The notes under the pieces were generated by a model. The model was not told where the DNA came from. It saw only the letters and a program-made list of their open reading frames with translations, and searched no databases. The position numbers and the translations under genes are program-made. From Candidatus Moduliflexus flocculans (lineage in GTDB: Bacteria; Moduliflexota; Moduliflexia; Moduliflexales; Moduliflexaceae): a DNA stretch of 64,000 nt. Location: the NCBI GenBank assembly GCA_000739515.1, contig DF820455.1:1304712-1368711 (forward strand), in the 5' to 3' direction. Numbering within the stretch: position 1 is the stretch's first letter; the number at the start of each line of letters is the position of its first letter. Positions 41,557 through 52,697 of the stretch are shown here, piece by piece.

Positions 41557-44019
41557 TCAGAATCGCTCGAATTGATCGTCGTACTCGTCTGGTTCTGTCA
41601 GGTCGCTAACGCTGCGCTGAGACGGGCGTCCCCAGCTCTTCTCTCTTTGCGAGGCAACAATTTTTTTCATCATTTTGTCTGAGGGGTGCGGCCTCTCTTC
41701 AGGCTGTTCTGGCAGATCGCCATCCCAATGCTCGTCATTGACTTTGAAATAGTTCATCGCAATTTGTAGTTGGCGCGCCTGACCGGTCAACTGTTCCGCC
41801 ATAGAAGCCATTTCTTCGGCAGTCGCAGTATTTTGTTGAATGACATGATCCAATTGCTGAATCGCGTTATTAATTTGCGCGGATCCGGAGCTTTGTTCGC
41901 TGGTGGCCGCAGTGATTTCCATCACCAACTCAGATGTTTTTCGAATATCGGGAACAAGCTGCGCTAACATCTCACCCGCCACGCTGGAGACGGCAAGGCT
42001 GGATCGCGTCAATTCGTTGATTTCTTCCGCCGCGTCGTGACTGCGCTGCGCTAATGCACGCACTTCAGCAGCGACAACAGCAAAGCCCCTGCCGTGTTCC
42101 TGCGCTCTGGCCGCTTCGATTGTGGCGTTCAACGATAACAGCCGGGTTTCCTGCGCGATTTCCTCGATAATCGTAATTTTTTTGGCGATTTGCTGCATCG
42201 CCTGAACGGTCTGCGCCACGGCTTCTCCGCTCTTCTGCGCATCCGCCGCAGATTTCATCGCGATTTTTTCCGTCTGTATCGCGTTGTCCGCGCTTTGCCT
42301 GATGTTCGACGCCATTTGCTCCATTGATGCGGAAGCCTGCTCAGCGGCAGCGGATTGCTGACTTGCGCCATCCGCCACTTCCTGTGCGCTGAGGTTCATT
42401 TGCATGCTTCCATCCGCGACATTTCGCGCGGCGGCTTTGACACTGATCACAATTTCATGCAGTCGTTTCACCATCGCGTTCAACGCGATCATTAAGCGAT
42501 CATGTTCGCTGCGCTCCCGCACATCCACCGTCAAATTTCCGGCAGCGATCTCTTCCGCCATGCCAACAACATCGGTCAACGCCGCGATCATGCGATTCAG
42601 CGCACTCATGAGTCGATCCTGCTCAGAACGTTCTTTCGCCGCAACCGTCAGATTTCCGTTTGCAATCTGTTCGGCAATTGCCGAGATGTCATTCATGGCG
42701 TCAATCAGCCCGTTGACATGCTCCTGAATCTCGTTGAAATCACCAGCATACTGATGCGTGAGCCGTTCGGGAATATCGCCTCTGGCAATTCGTTTCAGGC
42801 TCTCCGCTGTCACTTGAAACGGATCCATAAACGCATCAATCATTCCATTCATCCCGACAATCAAATCCCGCCAACACCCTTGAAATTTCGCGGCGCTTCC
42901 TCGCTCATGCAGCGTTCCGGCCTGAATTGTGCGAGTCAGGCGTTCAGTTTCTCGCAGGGCTTCTTGAATGCGACTTTTCATCCCTCCCAATGCAATTGCG
43001 AGTTCGCCGATTTCGTCGCTTCGACGGACATTTAATTCGGCTTGAATATCGCCGCTCGCAATCGCTTTGGCAAACGCGACGCCTCTCACCAATGGCCGTG
43101 TTAAGTTTTTCGCCACCAGCCAGATAACGAGCGAAACGCCGCCAATCATCGCCAGGGTCAGCGCGAACACCGTCTGGCGAAGATGAGCCACCGGGCTGAA
43201 CATATCGTTCATGTCCGCGCCGACTGCCACTGTCCAACCCGTTAATGGAACTTGCGATAGATAGACCTGTTTAGGATTCCCTTTCCAGACATAGGTGAAC
43301 AAGCCTTCGTGAGCCGCCAGCAAATCCTGTCCAAATTCGAAATCGGTGATTTTCTGGTCTAAAATTCGCTCTTTTTCAGGGTGGGAAATAAATGTTCCAT
43401 CCTTTTCCAGCATATACGCATAGCCTTTTTCACCGATGTGAATCGGAGCAATAAATTTATCGGTGACGGAATTTAAGCTGATGGAGACCAAAAAAACGCC
43501 GATGACACGTTCCTCCGACAACACTGGCGCAGAACACGCAAGCACAGGCTCGCCAGTCGTCCGGCTGCGAATTACCGACGAGATCGCGACTTTCCCCGCC
43601 AGGCTTTCCTGGAAATACGCGCGGTCATCATACCGGGCGGTTCCGACATTTTCCGCTGTCGAAGACGCAAGCGTCATGCCGTCAAGATTGACGATATTCG
43701 CTACCACATATTGATAGCGCTCTTTCAGTCTTTTCAACGCCAGATTCGCGGTTTGAATCCCTTGCCAGTCATTTGGATTTTTCAGTACATTGACGGTGAT
43801 ATTCCGCTCGCTTTGCTGTAGGACATCGAGCTGTAGGTTGCGCAGCCATTCTTCGATTTGCCCGGCAAGCCGTTCACTGGCCTGCTCCATTTCGCGCGTA
43901 ATTTCTGTCTGTAACGCCGATCTGGCCGACGTGTACGCCACAAACATAATCACGCCCGCCCCGATAATGATCGTGCTGAGTGTCGGGATAAAAAATCGGT
44001 TAAATACATTCCATCGCAT
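41557..44019 (-). CDS. Methyl-accepting chemotaxis protein with a dCache-like sensor, multiple HAMP-like repeats and the MCP signalling domain; C-terminus ...DQFERF
   Basis: TM1, ~280-aa periplasmic domain, TM2, HAMP, one 78-aa repeat, two HAMP-like units, then the signalling domain ([13 protein letters not shown]). Confidence 0.85.
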   Translation of the reverse strand: MRWNVFNRFFIPTLSTIIIGAGVIMFVAYTSARSALQTEITREMEQASERLAGQIEEWLRNLQLDVLQQSERNITVNVLKNPNDWQGIQTANLALKRLKERYQYVVANIVNLDGMTLASSTAENVGTARYDDRAYFQESLAGKVAISSVIRSRTTGEPVLACSAPVLSEERVIGVFLVSISLNSVTDKFIAPIHIGEKGYAYMLEKDGTFISHPEKERILDQKITDFEFGQDLLAAHEGLFTYVWKGNPKQVYLSQVPLTGWTVAVGADMNDMFSPVAHLRQTVFALTLAMIGGVSLVIWLVAKNLTRPLVRGVAFAKAIASGDIQAELNVRRSDEIGELAIALGGMKSRIQEALRETERLTRTIQAGTLHERGSAAKFQGCWRDLIVGMNGMIDAFMDPFQVTAESLKRIARGDIPERLTHQYAGDFNEIQEHVNGLIDAMNDISAIAEQIANGNLTVAAKERSEQDRLMSALNRMIAALTDVVGMAEEIAAGNLTVDVRERSEHDRLMIALNAMVKRLHEIVISVKAAARNVADGSMQMNLSAQEVADGASQQSAAAEQASASMEQMASNIRQSADNAIQTEKIAMKSAADAQKSGEAVAQTVQAMQQIAKKITIIEEIAQETRLLSLNATIEAARAQEHGRGFAVVAAEVRALAQRSHDAAEEINELTRSSLAVSSVAGEMLAQLVPDIRKTSELVMEITAATSEQSSGSAQINNAIQQLDHVIQQNTATAEEMASMAEQLTGQARQLQIAMNYFKVNDEHWDGDLPEQPEERPHPSDKMMKKIVASQREKSWGRPSQRSVSDLTEPDEYDDQFERF

Positions 44020-44147
44020 AGTCTCTCCTTCTCGATTCTGCCTGAACTCTGTTGTCTGGTGATTGCCGATCTTCCAGATTGTCTTTTGAGAACAGACTCT
44101 TAAAATCGTCAGGAGATTAAAAAAATTTTCATGGAACGGCTTCTTTC

Positions 44148-44999
44148 TCAGGAGAGACTCTCAGGGAACTGCCGCTTTTTAAACACAAATTGATTGCAGG
44201 CTGTCGGAATATTGGCTGGAATAACGCGCACTGTGTCGAAACCAAGTCGGCAGATGAAATTGCAGACAGCTTCTGCGCTGGCGTATTCATACGGATAACC
44301 GCCGACCCAATCTACCACATCGTAAAAAAAATCCATGCCACGCTGTTTGTGTTTCGGGTTCTGTCCAGTAACAAGGAATTTGGTGAGGTAAATGATCGGA
44401 TAAAACAGGAGAACGAACAGGCGCTGCGCGACGCATGGCGCATGATTATAGCTCCATTTTATCAGTCGCCACAGCGGCGAAGACCAGTGCTGGTTGTAGA
44501 TGGAAAGAATGAACACGCCATCAGGTTTGACCAATCTGGCGGCATTACAAATCGCCTGCCACATGTCACCGGTATGATGCAACACGCCCCAGGAATGCAC
44601 GATATCGAATTCTCCGCGATGGCGCAACTCTTCGACCAGGTTGTCATCTAAAATTGAAGCAATGCGATACGGCGGAGAGCAGGAAAAGTTGAACGCGGTA
44701 AGCGTTTTTTGCAACGACGGCACATTTTCGTTATCAATATCAATGCCAAGCACCTTCGCGCCCATTTCATGGGCTAAACAGAGTGCTAATCCCTGCCCAA
44801 ACCCAATGTCTAAAAATGTGCGATCCTGGAATGCCACCCCGTCGCATAACTGCCGAAATGCCTGCCGCGCTTGCTCGATTTTCTCCGGGGTTAACGCATA
44901 CTCGACGTACTGCTGCCAATTTCTGCCAAACGCAAATTGTCTCGTCTTCACAGCGATTCCGCCAAGCGAAGAATAAGTTATCAAAAATATCAGCGTCAA
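44148..44999 (-). CDS. Class I SAM-dependent methyltransferase
   Basis: SAM-binding motif I LDIGFGQG and an acidic beta-2 end (VLGIDID). Confidence 0.7.
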   Translation of the reverse strand: MTLIFLITYSSLGGIAVKTRQFAFGRNWQQYVEYALTPEKIEQARQAFRQLCDGVAFQDRTFLDIGFGQGLALCLAHEMGAKVLGIDIDNENVPSLQKTLTAFNFSCSPPYRIASILDDNLVEELRHRGEFDIVHSWGVLHHTGDMWQAICNAARLVKPDGVFILSIYNQHWSSPLWRLIKWSYNHAPCVAQRLFVLLFYPIIYLTKFLVTGQNPKHKQRGMDFFYDVVDWVGGYPYEYASAEAVCNFICRLGFDTVRVIPANIPTACNQFVFKKRQFPESLS

Positions 45000-46210
45000 G
45001 AAAATATGCCGTTCGCTCGGGGAGTCATTTTCTGCCGCTTTCGAGTCTGCTCATATAGCCGGACGTAGGCTTCTGCAACCGATTCCCAGGAGTAATTGCG
45101 AGAAATCTGTTTGCTGCGAAGCCCCATTTTCTCTCGCATGCCACGCTGATTAATCAGGGCGATCAGGGATTCCGCTAACGCATGAACAGCGCGCGGCTCG
45201 ATCAGAAATCCATTCTCGCCGTCACACACAAGCTCTTCGTTTCCTGCGACTCGCGTTGCCACCACCGGCAGACCGCTTCCAATAGCTTCCAATACGACAT
45301 TCGGCATGCCTTCCGCTAATGATGGCAGAATAAACACATCAGCGTCAAGATAATACTCCGGGAGTTTGCCATGATCCACATAGCCGAGAAACCGCAGGTA
45401 ACCGCCAACGCCAAGTTCTTCGGCCTGCGCGGCAAAGCTCTCCTTGTCCGGCCCATCGCCGACGATTTTAATCACAAACGGATATTTTGCTTCTTTCACA
45501 ATTTGTGGAATCGCGTCAATCAAAAACTGCAATCCTTTTCTGCGGATCAGCCGCGAGACAAACAAAATGCGCACTTCTTCCGCCGGGCAACGGGCATGGC
45601 CGTTGGTAAAACGATCCAAATCCACGCCATTTGGAATCACCTGAATCGGCAGACTCGGAAACGCTTTTACCGCCATGTCACGCAATCCATCGCTATTTGC
45701 AACAAGAAAATCCGCGTTGCGCCATAAAATATTGAACGCCGGTTTCAAAATTTTGTAAAGATGTTTGTATTGAAACGGGCGAAAGCCCGGCACATCGCCG
45801 CCGCCCATGCGGATGATGTATGGAATGCCGAACAGCTTTTTGGCGATGTAACCTAATGGTCCGCTCGGCACGCCAAAAAAGATGTGAATCAGATCGTATT
45901 TTTGGGTGAAAACCAGGTAGAGTAACATGGGCAGGGAACTGAGAATAAACGACGCCATTTCGATGACGCTACAATAATCGCGGCGCTTGCGCAATACTGG
46001 GACGCGGAATATTTCGATATCTTCAATCGTTTCGCGCCAGCGCAGTTCGCGGAAATGGGAAGTCAGCACATTGACGCGATGACCTTTGTAGGCCAGTTCC
46101 CGCGCGATATAATAGGTCGCAATCCCGCCCCCTCCGCCAATCGGAGGAAATTCGTAATTGATGATGAGCACATTCATTGTCATTTTCCGGGTGTCCCGCC
46201 GACTTCGCAA
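44996..46210 (-). CDS. Glycosyltransferase family 4 (GT-B, group 1)
   Basis: C-terminal EX7E-like region (FILPSLAEGMPNVVLEAIGSGLPVVATRVAGNEE). Confidence 0.8.
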   Translation of the reverse strand: MRSRRDTRKMTMNVLIINYEFPPIGGGGGIATYYIARELAYKGHRVNVLTSHFRELRWRETIEDIEIFRVPVLRKRRDYCSVIEMASFILSSLPMLLYLVFTQKYDLIHIFFGVPSGPLGYIAKKLFGIPYIIRMGGGDVPGFRPFQYKHLYKILKPAFNILWRNADFLVANSDGLRDMAVKAFPSLPIQVIPNGVDLDRFTNGHARCPAEEVRILFVSRLIRRKGLQFLIDAIPQIVKEAKYPFVIKIVGDGPDKESFAAQAEELGVGGYLRFLGYVDHGKLPEYYLDADVFILPSLAEGMPNVVLEAIGSGLPVVATRVAGNEELVCDGENGFLIEPRAVHALAESLIALINQRGMREKMGLRSKQISRNYSWESVAEAYVRLYEQTRKRQKMTPRANGIFS

Positions 46211-46428
46211 GAACGCCTCTCTCCTCCATACGGCGCGGTGCTTAAATTCGGAATGATGTTTGGCAGAATTCCATTGCTTAATATTTCATTTTTTATGCCA
46301 ACATTATTTTCGGCCTACCGCCATCCTATCGCAAACCACAATGAATGGTCACGCCTCAGCGCGCGGCGATCCCTGAGCGTGCTGAAGGGAGTGCGGCCAC
46401 CACTCAGCGAGCATGGCGATATCAACAG

Positions 46429-46512
46429 ATACAGCATTATGCGCGATGATTGAACAGATCTGTCAGACACCTTCAAAGTGTCTGACAGGTTTCGTCCCGC
46501 TTAATGCATGTG
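46429..46512. repeat. Repeat family 4, long form, inverted copy
   Basis: The reverse complement aligns with 31619-31696 and 41336-41412. A further core-only hairpin lies at 46800-46830. Confidence 0.55.
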
Positions 46513-47070
46513 AATAACGCGGTATTGAGCGGATATGCTCTCGTATCAGGCAATACGTTAGGGGGAGGAAACGCGATCCCTTTCGGGTATCTGACAACGT
46601 TGCGCGAACGATCTGAATCAATCTGATTTGGATGTTGTCTGAATAACATTGCATAATACGATATTCATTAGAATAATGGGCAAATTTTCAGAATGAAGAA
46701 CAGTTTTTGCTCGATAGTATGCATAGGCATTCATAACTTTTTGAAATCATTTTCATAGGCCGTAAATGTGATAACACAGAGCGTTATGGCGAGGAAATAG
46801 CTGTCAGATACCTTCAAGGTGTCTGACAGCTTGTCCATAACCTTATGTGTCAATACACGTAAACGTTATGAAAATAAACTGATGGAGTTTGGCAAACAGG
46901 CACGCGGCAAAAGCAAGCGTTTGCGATCCGGTTCAATCGCAATGAATGACGCTGTATATCGCTCCGTTTGATTTACGTCTTGCTTCGGGACAACCGACAG
47001 AGAGATAGAGGGGGGGACGGCTACTTGGGGAACTGTCGCGTGTGGTTGGGAATTTTAAGCGGTTCGATCA

Positions 47071-47109
47071 CAAAAAACCCCTGCCAGAGGTTGAAACTCT
47101 GACAGGGGT
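47071..47109 (-). terminator. Rho-independent terminator downstream of rplS
   Basis: On the minus strand CACCCCTGTCAGAG...CTCTGGCAGGGG is followed by TTTTTT. Confidence 0.6.
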
Positions 47110-47117
47110 GAATGCAC

Positions 47118-47498
47118 TCAGGCTGTTGCAGCAGCCTCGGTTTTCGGAACATCCACAAGGCGACGTTCTTTGATGCGCGCATCTTTGCCGCGTTTTTTGC
47201 GCAGATAATATAATTTCGCGCGGCGCACTTTCCCGCGACGCACGACTTCGATCTGGGCGATATTGGGTGAATGCAGCGGGAAAATGCGTTCCACTCCGAC
47301 TCCGAAGGACATTTTGCGGACGGTGAACGTGGAGCGTTTCATTCCGCGTCGTTTGCGGATGACGATCCCTTCAAACACTTGAATGCGTTCTTTGCCGCGC
47401 TCCCGGACTTTTGCATGAACTTTTACCGTGTCTCCCGAACGAAAATCCGGGATGTCGGTGCGCATTTGCTCTCGATCAATGGCTTCTATCAACGTCAT
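47118..47498 (-). CDS. rplS: 50S ribosomal protein L19
   Basis: Conserved L19 sequence ([14 protein letters not shown]...[14 protein letters not shown]). Confidence 0.95.
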   Translation of the reverse strand: MTLIEAIDREQMRTDIPDFRSGDTVKVHAKVRERGKERIQVFEGIVIRKRRGMKRSTFTVRKMSFGVGVERIFPLHSPNIAQIEVVRRGKVRRAKLYYLRKKRGKDARIKERRLVDVPKTEAAATA

Positions 47499-47619
47499 GA
47501 TATTTCCCCTTGTCTAATTAGACATCTCTGTCACAACACGTTCAAGATGTCTGGACGATTTGTGCCGACCATTCGGCGCGTGTGCAGAGCGCAAACGGGA
47601 TGTTTGCGATGCAACGGAT

Positions 47620-48309
47620 TTACACATCACGCGCAAAGAGGCGATCAATCATGATCGCCGCTGCGCTACGCACGGACAGGTGATTATAATCCCCAAGTCC
47701 GCGAATTGGCTCTAACACGACATCGCCATGCGTTTTGATGCATTCCGTCTCCAGGCCATATCCCGTGCCGAGCACGATCACATAGGGCGTGGCGGTGTCT
47801 TCTTTCATGGTCATCCCGGCTTCCTTGAAACGCCATAATGGTTTTTGGCACAATGTGGCGACATATTCCCGCGCGCTGGTAATGACCACCGTCGGTTTTT
47901 TGCCGCACTTTTCATGAAGCTCGCGAATCACATCTTCTAACGAATCAACTAAATAGGTGGTGGCAAATGCCACCTGCCGCGTCTGATTATACTGACTGCC
48001 AAACCCTTCAACCCAATGCTTGATGATGCGCCGGCAGAGTTCCTGCTGCGAAATCAGCGGCGTCACCATATAATAGCCGCCTAAATCATACGTGCGCACC
48101 AATCGCGAAATATCATGAATATCGTGATTGGTAATCGAAGTGGATACGACAACGCCGTTTTTATCGTACACCGGATAATGAACTAATGCGACAAAAATAT
48201 TCGAATACACCTTGCACGTCTCCGGAAGCTCATCTCCACTGCCGCTCACGATGACAATAAATCTGGTCGGCGCTGTCTTGTGCGTTGCAACGCCTGTTCG
48301 CGACGCCAC
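47620..48309 (-). CDS. Putative SPOUT-superfamily RNA methyltransferase-like protein
   Basis: C-terminal motifs resemble SPOUT cores (YVIVLGTGYGL...HLSVRSAAAIMIDRL). The family is uncertain. The annotated 5' end overlaps trmD by 64 nt, so the true start is probably internal. Confidence 0.4.
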   Translation of the reverse strand: MASRTGVATHKTAPTRFIVIVSGSGDELPETCKVYSNIFVALVHYPVYDKNGVVVSTSITNHDIHDISRLVRTYDLGGYYMVTPLISQQELCRRIIKHWVEGFGSQYNQTRQVAFATTYLVDSLEDVIRELHEKCGKKPTVVITSAREYVATLCQKPLWRFKEAGMTMKEDTATPYVIVLGTGYGLETECIKTHGDVVLEPIRGLGDYNHLSVRSAAAIMIDRLFARDV

Positions 48310-48929
48310 GCCTCGATTTGTTTGTGATGACCTGACAACAGCACGTCTGGCACGGCCATGCCGCGAAATTCCTGCGGACGGGTGTAATGCGGGTAATCTA
48401 ACAACCCATCATAAAACGAGTCGCTGATCACGGATTGTGCGTTCCCGATCACATCGGGAATCATGCGCGACACCACATCAATCACGACCATTGCCGCAAG
48501 CTCGCCGCCGGTCATGACATAATCGCCAATCGAAATTTCCTGATGCACTAACGCTGTTCGCACCCGTTCGTCAATCTCTTCATAATGGCCGCATAAGAGA
48601 ATAAGTTCCTCATGCGTGGCTAATGTTCGGGCGACATGTTGCGTTAATGTTTCGCCTTGCGGCGTTAAATAAACAATATGCGGCGCTGTCAACTGATGCG
48701 CGGCGATCACATGCTCAACAGCCAAAAAAATCGGCTCAGCTTTCATCACCATGCCGCCGCCGCCGCCATACGGAACATCATCTGTCGTCTTGTGCTTATC
48801 CTGCGCAAAATCCCGAATATTATACAGATGCACTTCGAGCAAATTCCGGTCGCGTGCCCGCTTCAACATGCTATGCTGCAACACGCCGTCAAACATGCCA
48901 GGAAACAACGTCAGCACAAAGACTTTCAT
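48246..48929 (-). CDS. trmD: tRNA (guanine37-N1)-methyltransferase TrmD
   Basis: MKVFVLTLFPGMF start and the YGGGGGMVM motif. The start at 48929 abuts the rimM stop. Confidence 0.9.
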   Translation of the reverse strand: MKVFVLTLFPGMFDGVLQHSMLKRARDRNLLEVHLYNIRDFAQDKHKTTDDVPYGGGGGMVMKAEPIFLAVEHVIAAHQLTAPHIVYLTPQGETLTQHVARTLATHEELILLCGHYEEIDERVRTALVHQEISIGDYVMTGGELAAMVVIDVVSRMIPDVIGNAQSVISDSFYDGLLDYPHYTRPQEFRGMAVPDVLLSGHHKQIEAWRREQALQRTRQRRPDLLSS

Positions 48930-48930
48930 C

Positions 48931-49461
48931 TTATAATTCAAGCAACCCGCAGATCGGACGGATGAGAATTTTTTTCTGTTCCCGATCAATCGTCAGAACA
49001 ATCTCGTTGGTTGACGGAATAAGATATTCTTTCTCTTCGCGGCGCACGACATACACATCATGGCTGCCTGTTTCGAGAATATCCGTCACGTTGCCAAGGT
49101 AGTCGCCCTGCTCCGTGTACACATCAGCATCGAGAATTTCATAATGATAATAGACACCTTCCGGCAATTTCGGCGAGGTTGCGCGATCAACTGCTAACGA
49201 ACATCCGACCAATTGCTCCGACTGCTCAATCGAGGAATACCCCTCGAAACAGAGAAACACCCCTCCATGATGATAACTCGCATTCTCAATGACAAGCTGT
49301 TGAACGCGGCCATCAGGCCACATGACATGCACGCTGTTAAGATACTCGAAGCGATCGGGGATATCCGTCAACGGAAGGACTTTAACTTCTCCGCGAATTC
49401 CGCGTGTTTTGACAATTTTCCCGATGGTAATCCATTCGGTTCGGCGCTCGGTGTGTTTCAC
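48931..49461 (-). CDS. rimM: 16S rRNA processing protein RimM
   Basis: N-terminal GKIVKTRGIRGEVKV signature, followed by a PRC barrel. Confidence 0.85.
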   Translation of the reverse strand: MKHTERRTEWITIGKIVKTRGIRGEVKVLPLTDIPDRFEYLNSVHVMWPDGRVQQLVIENASYHHGGVFLCFEGYSSIEQSEQLVGCSLAVDRATSPKLPEGVYYHYEILDADVYTEQGDYLGNVTDILETGSHDVYVVRREEKEYLIPSTNEIVLTIDREQKKILIRPICGLLEL

Positions 49462-49509
49462 AAATTTCCCTTCTCCTGCGGCGAACCCCGGAAAAGACGA
49501 CCTGCAACG

Positions 49510-49740
49510 TTATTCCAAAATCTCGAGAACCGTGCGTTTCTCCATTTTTGCGCTAGCCGCATTCAGAATTGTGCGGATGGCATGAGCGGTTCGCCCTTGC
49601 TTCCCGATCACTTTTCCCATATCTTCTTTCGCGACCCGCAATTCGAGGATGCGGCTCTGTTCTCCTTCCACTTCCTTTACATCAACCAATTCAGGATGAT
49701 CTACTAATGCGCGCACAATCGTTGCAATCAAGTCTTTCAT
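49510..49740 (-). CDS. KH-domain RNA-binding protein (YlqC/UPF0109 family)
   Basis: 76 aa with a [14 protein letters not shown] (GxxG) KH motif, in the conserved position between rpsP and rimM. Confidence 0.8.
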   Translation of the reverse strand: MKDLIATIVRALVDHPELVDVKEVEGEQSRILELRVAKEDMGKVIGKQGRTAHAIRTILNAASAKMEKRTVLEILE

Positions 49741-49768
49741 GCCGTGTCTCTCCAGGCTTCATCGGGGG

Positions 49769-50062
49769 TTAGGCTGTTGCCGTTTCGGTCGCTGTGGCTC
49801 TTTCGCTCAGTTTCTGCGATTTTGGCGAAATATTATTTTTCTTCAACAGCGCGGCAACCGTATCAGTCGGCTGGACACCATTATTCAGCCAATATCTGAC
49901 GCGATCTTCTTTTAATTTGACTTCTGCTGGATTTTTCAACGGATCGTATGTTCCAACCGTTTCAAGAAATTTTCCGTCCCGCGGAGCGGTTGAGTTCGCC
50001 ACAACAATACGATAAAAAGGTTTTTTCTTTGCGCCGATACGTTTCAGTCGTAATTTTACCAA
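49769..50062 (-). CDS. rpsP: 30S ribosomal protein S16
   Basis: [23 protein letters not shown]-terminus. Confidence 0.95.
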   Translation of the reverse strand: MVKLRLKRIGAKKKPFYRIVVANSTAPRDGKFLETVGTYDPLKNPAEVKLKEDRVRYWLNNGVQPTDTVAALLKKNNISPKSQKLSERATATETATA

Positions 50063-50187
50063 GATAGCTCCTCCATCATCAAGTAAAATGCGTCCGCGGT
50101 GCTTCCGAGATGCCTGGCATTCGGCAGCCCTGACGCTGGTGATAAATAATAAGAAATGCCTGCGCTGACAGACATTTCTCTGGCTGT

Positions 50188-51537
50188 TTAAAACGGCCTC
50201 TTGCCGCGTGAAAATCGTTTTGGCAGATGCCGAAAACGCTTTCCTCCGCTTTCAGTCAGCTTTTTCATCAATTTTCGCGCTTGATCGAACTGCCGCAGCA
50301 GATTGTTCACATCGCGAATATCTGTGCCGCTCCCTTTGGCGATGCGCTGTTTGCGCTTGCTGTTGATCAAGCGCGCATCAAAACGCTCTTGCGGCGTCAT
50401 CGAATTGATCATCGCCTCTAAGCGGGCGAATTGTTTTTCATCCACTTGCAAATCTTTCAGGGCGGCTCGATTCACTCCCGGCAGCATCCCCAATAACTGA
50501 TCAATCGGTCCCATCTGCCGAACCTGACGCAATTGTTCGCGGAAATCGTCAAGCGAAAAACTCTGTTCGCGAATTTTACGCTCTAATTCTTCGGCCTTTT
50601 TCTCATCCATCGCTTTTTCAACTTTTTCGATGAATGACAACACATCGCCCATGCCTAAAATCCGCGACGCCATTCGTTCGGGATGGAACCGTTCGAGTTG
50701 GTCTAATTTTTCGCCGACGCCGACAAATTTGATTGGGCGATTCGTTACTGCTTTAATCGAAAGCGCCGCGCCACCACGGGCGTCACCATCCATTTTTGTC
50801 AGAATGACGCCGGTAATATCTAAATCTTTATTGAATTGATCCGCGACGGTGACGGCGTCCTGACCGGTCATGGCATCCGCGACAAACAGCACTTCTTTCG
50901 GCGCTAACTGCGCTTTCAGGTCGCGAAGTTCTTGCATGAGTGTCTGGTCAATGTGCAAGCGTCCCGCCGTATCCACCAGCATGACATCAAAGCCTTCGGC
51001 TTTCGCTTTCTGATGCGCCATCTGGCAGATTTTGCGCGGGTCTTTCTCTTCTAAATCAGCATACACGTCAAGCCCCAATTGCTGCCCTAATACTTGCAAT
51101 TGCGTGATCGCGGCAGGACGATACACGTCAGCGGCGACCATCAGGGGTTTGTGGTGCTCTTTGGATAACATGCTGGACAATTTTCCGACAGAGGTTGTTT
51201 TTCCTGAGCCTTGCAAGCCAACTAACATGAGGACGGTTGGCGCAGTTTCCGCAAACGTCAAGCCAACATATTCTTTCCCCATCAAGGCGGTTAATTCTTC
51301 ATTAACAACTTTGATCAGTTGCTGTCCCGGCGTCAGGCTTTTCAGCACTTCTTGTCCAATGGCGCGGATGCGGACGCGCTCGACAAAATCCTTGACAACA
51401 TGAAAATTCACGTCCGCCTCCAATAAGGCCATGCGAACATCTTTGAGCGCAACTTTGATATTCTGTTCGCTGAGTTTGCCATGTCCGCGAAGTGTCTTGA
51501 ATGCTGATTGTAACTTGTCGGCTAAATTATCAAACAT
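50188..51537 (-). CDS. ffh: Signal recognition particle protein Ffh
   Basis: N-domain, G-domain (GLQGSGKTT) and a Met-rich M-domain. Confidence 0.95.
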   Translation of the reverse strand: MFDNLADKLQSAFKTLRGHGKLSEQNIKVALKDVRMALLEADVNFHVVKDFVERVRIRAIGQEVLKSLTPGQQLIKVVNEELTALMGKEYVGLTFAETAPTVLMLVGLQGSGKTTSVGKLSSMLSKEHHKPLMVAADVYRPAAITQLQVLGQQLGLDVYADLEEKDPRKICQMAHQKAKAEGFDVMLVDTAGRLHIDQTLMQELRDLKAQLAPKEVLFVADAMTGQDAVTVADQFNKDLDITGVILTKMDGDARGGAALSIKAVTNRPIKFVGVGEKLDQLERFHPERMASRILGMGDVLSFIEKVEKAMDEKKAEELERKIREQSFSLDDFREQLRQVRQMGPIDQLLGMLPGVNRAALKDLQVDEKQFARLEAMINSMTPQERFDARLINSKRKQRIAKGSGTDIRDVNNLLRQFDQARKLMKKLTESGGKRFRHLPKRFSRGKRPF

Positions 51538-51749
51538 GACGATGTCTTTCGATTCAAAATATGCGTAAAACCCTTTTATAATGGGATAAACAGCGATTTT
51601 TGCAAAATGCGTGTCACACTCTATGGATGGTCATAGAATTGTCAAGAGGAAAATCAATCTTGCGAGAGACGCATCGCGGATTCGAATGAAATGCGCGGGA
51701 AAAGCTCCCGCGCCATGTCCAATCCGTTCACGTTCTTGTGTGCCTGATC

Positions 51750-52697
51750 TCAGAAATCAATAATGTATTTCGTCGGGTTAGTGGCAACGCCTCTCACCCT
51801 GACTTCATAATGCAGGTGCGAGCCGGTGCTGCTGCCGGTGTTGCCGACATACGCGACCACGTCGCCGCGTTTGACTTTGTCCCCGACTTTTTTGTCTAAT
51901 TTCGAGCAATGACCGTAAAATGTTTGATAGCCATAGCCATGATCGATCACCAGCACTAATCCATACGCGCCTTTATAGTCGGAATATGATACAACGCCAT
52001 CGGCAGGGGCAGCAATCGGCGTGCCCGTTTTGGTGGAAATATCAATTCCGGCATGCATGGTTTGTTTTCCGGTAAACGGCGATTTGCGCTTGCCGAAACC
52101 GGAGGTAATCCAGCCGCGTACTGGCCAAACCGAGGGTGTCGAGGCCAACAATGTATGCTGATCTTGGAAAAATTCCATTAAGCGTTGCGATTGTTCTTCT
52201 TGATCAATTGCGGTGTTTTTCAATTTTTCCAGATTAGCAATTTTTTCTGTCATACTTTCTTCACTTTCTTGCTTAAAACTTTCGATGACATCTGTAAACG
52301 CAGAGAGGTCTTCGCCTCCCATGGCAAAATTGAGATCATTTCCCAACGGATTTTCTACGCCTGCCATCAGCATTAATTTGGCATTGACTAATTTCAACCG
52401 CGATACCATCTGCCGTAATTCTGCCGTATCTTTTTCATACTGTTCGATCAGGTTCTTTTGCTCCCGCGTTGATTTTCTGATGGTGGGAAGTTCCTGTATT
52501 GTCTGCTGCATTACCTGATAGCGCGTCACCATAAAATATGCTGTCGCCGCCCCGCCAATAATCAGCGCCAGAATGAGCGCGATCAGGCCGCGCGTCAGCA
52601 AATAGGGGACTTTGATCTGACGAAAATGTGAAGTCGCGTCAGGCACAATAATTAATGTAAAATATTTTTTTGACATCGCTCGTTTTACATGCGGCAT
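51750..52697 (-). CDS. M23-family peptidoglycan DD-metalloendopeptidase with an N-terminal TM and coiled coil
   Basis: LytM motifs HAGIDI and GSHLHYEV. Confidence 0.85.
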   Translation of the reverse strand: MPHVKRAMSKKYFTLIIVPDATSHFRQIKVPYLLTRGLIALILALIIGGAATAYFMVTRYQVMQQTIQELPTIRKSTREQKNLIEQYEKDTAELRQMVSRLKLVNAKLMLMAGVENPLGNDLNFAMGGEDLSAFTDVIESFKQESEESMTEKIANLEKLKNTAIDQEEQSQRLMEFFQDQHTLLASTPSVWPVRGWITSGFGKRKSPFTGKQTMHAGIDISTKTGTPIAAPADGVVSYSDYKGAYGLVLVIDHGYGYQTFYGHCSKLDKKVGDKVKRGDVVAYVGNTGSSTGSHLHYEVRVRGVATNPTKYIIDF

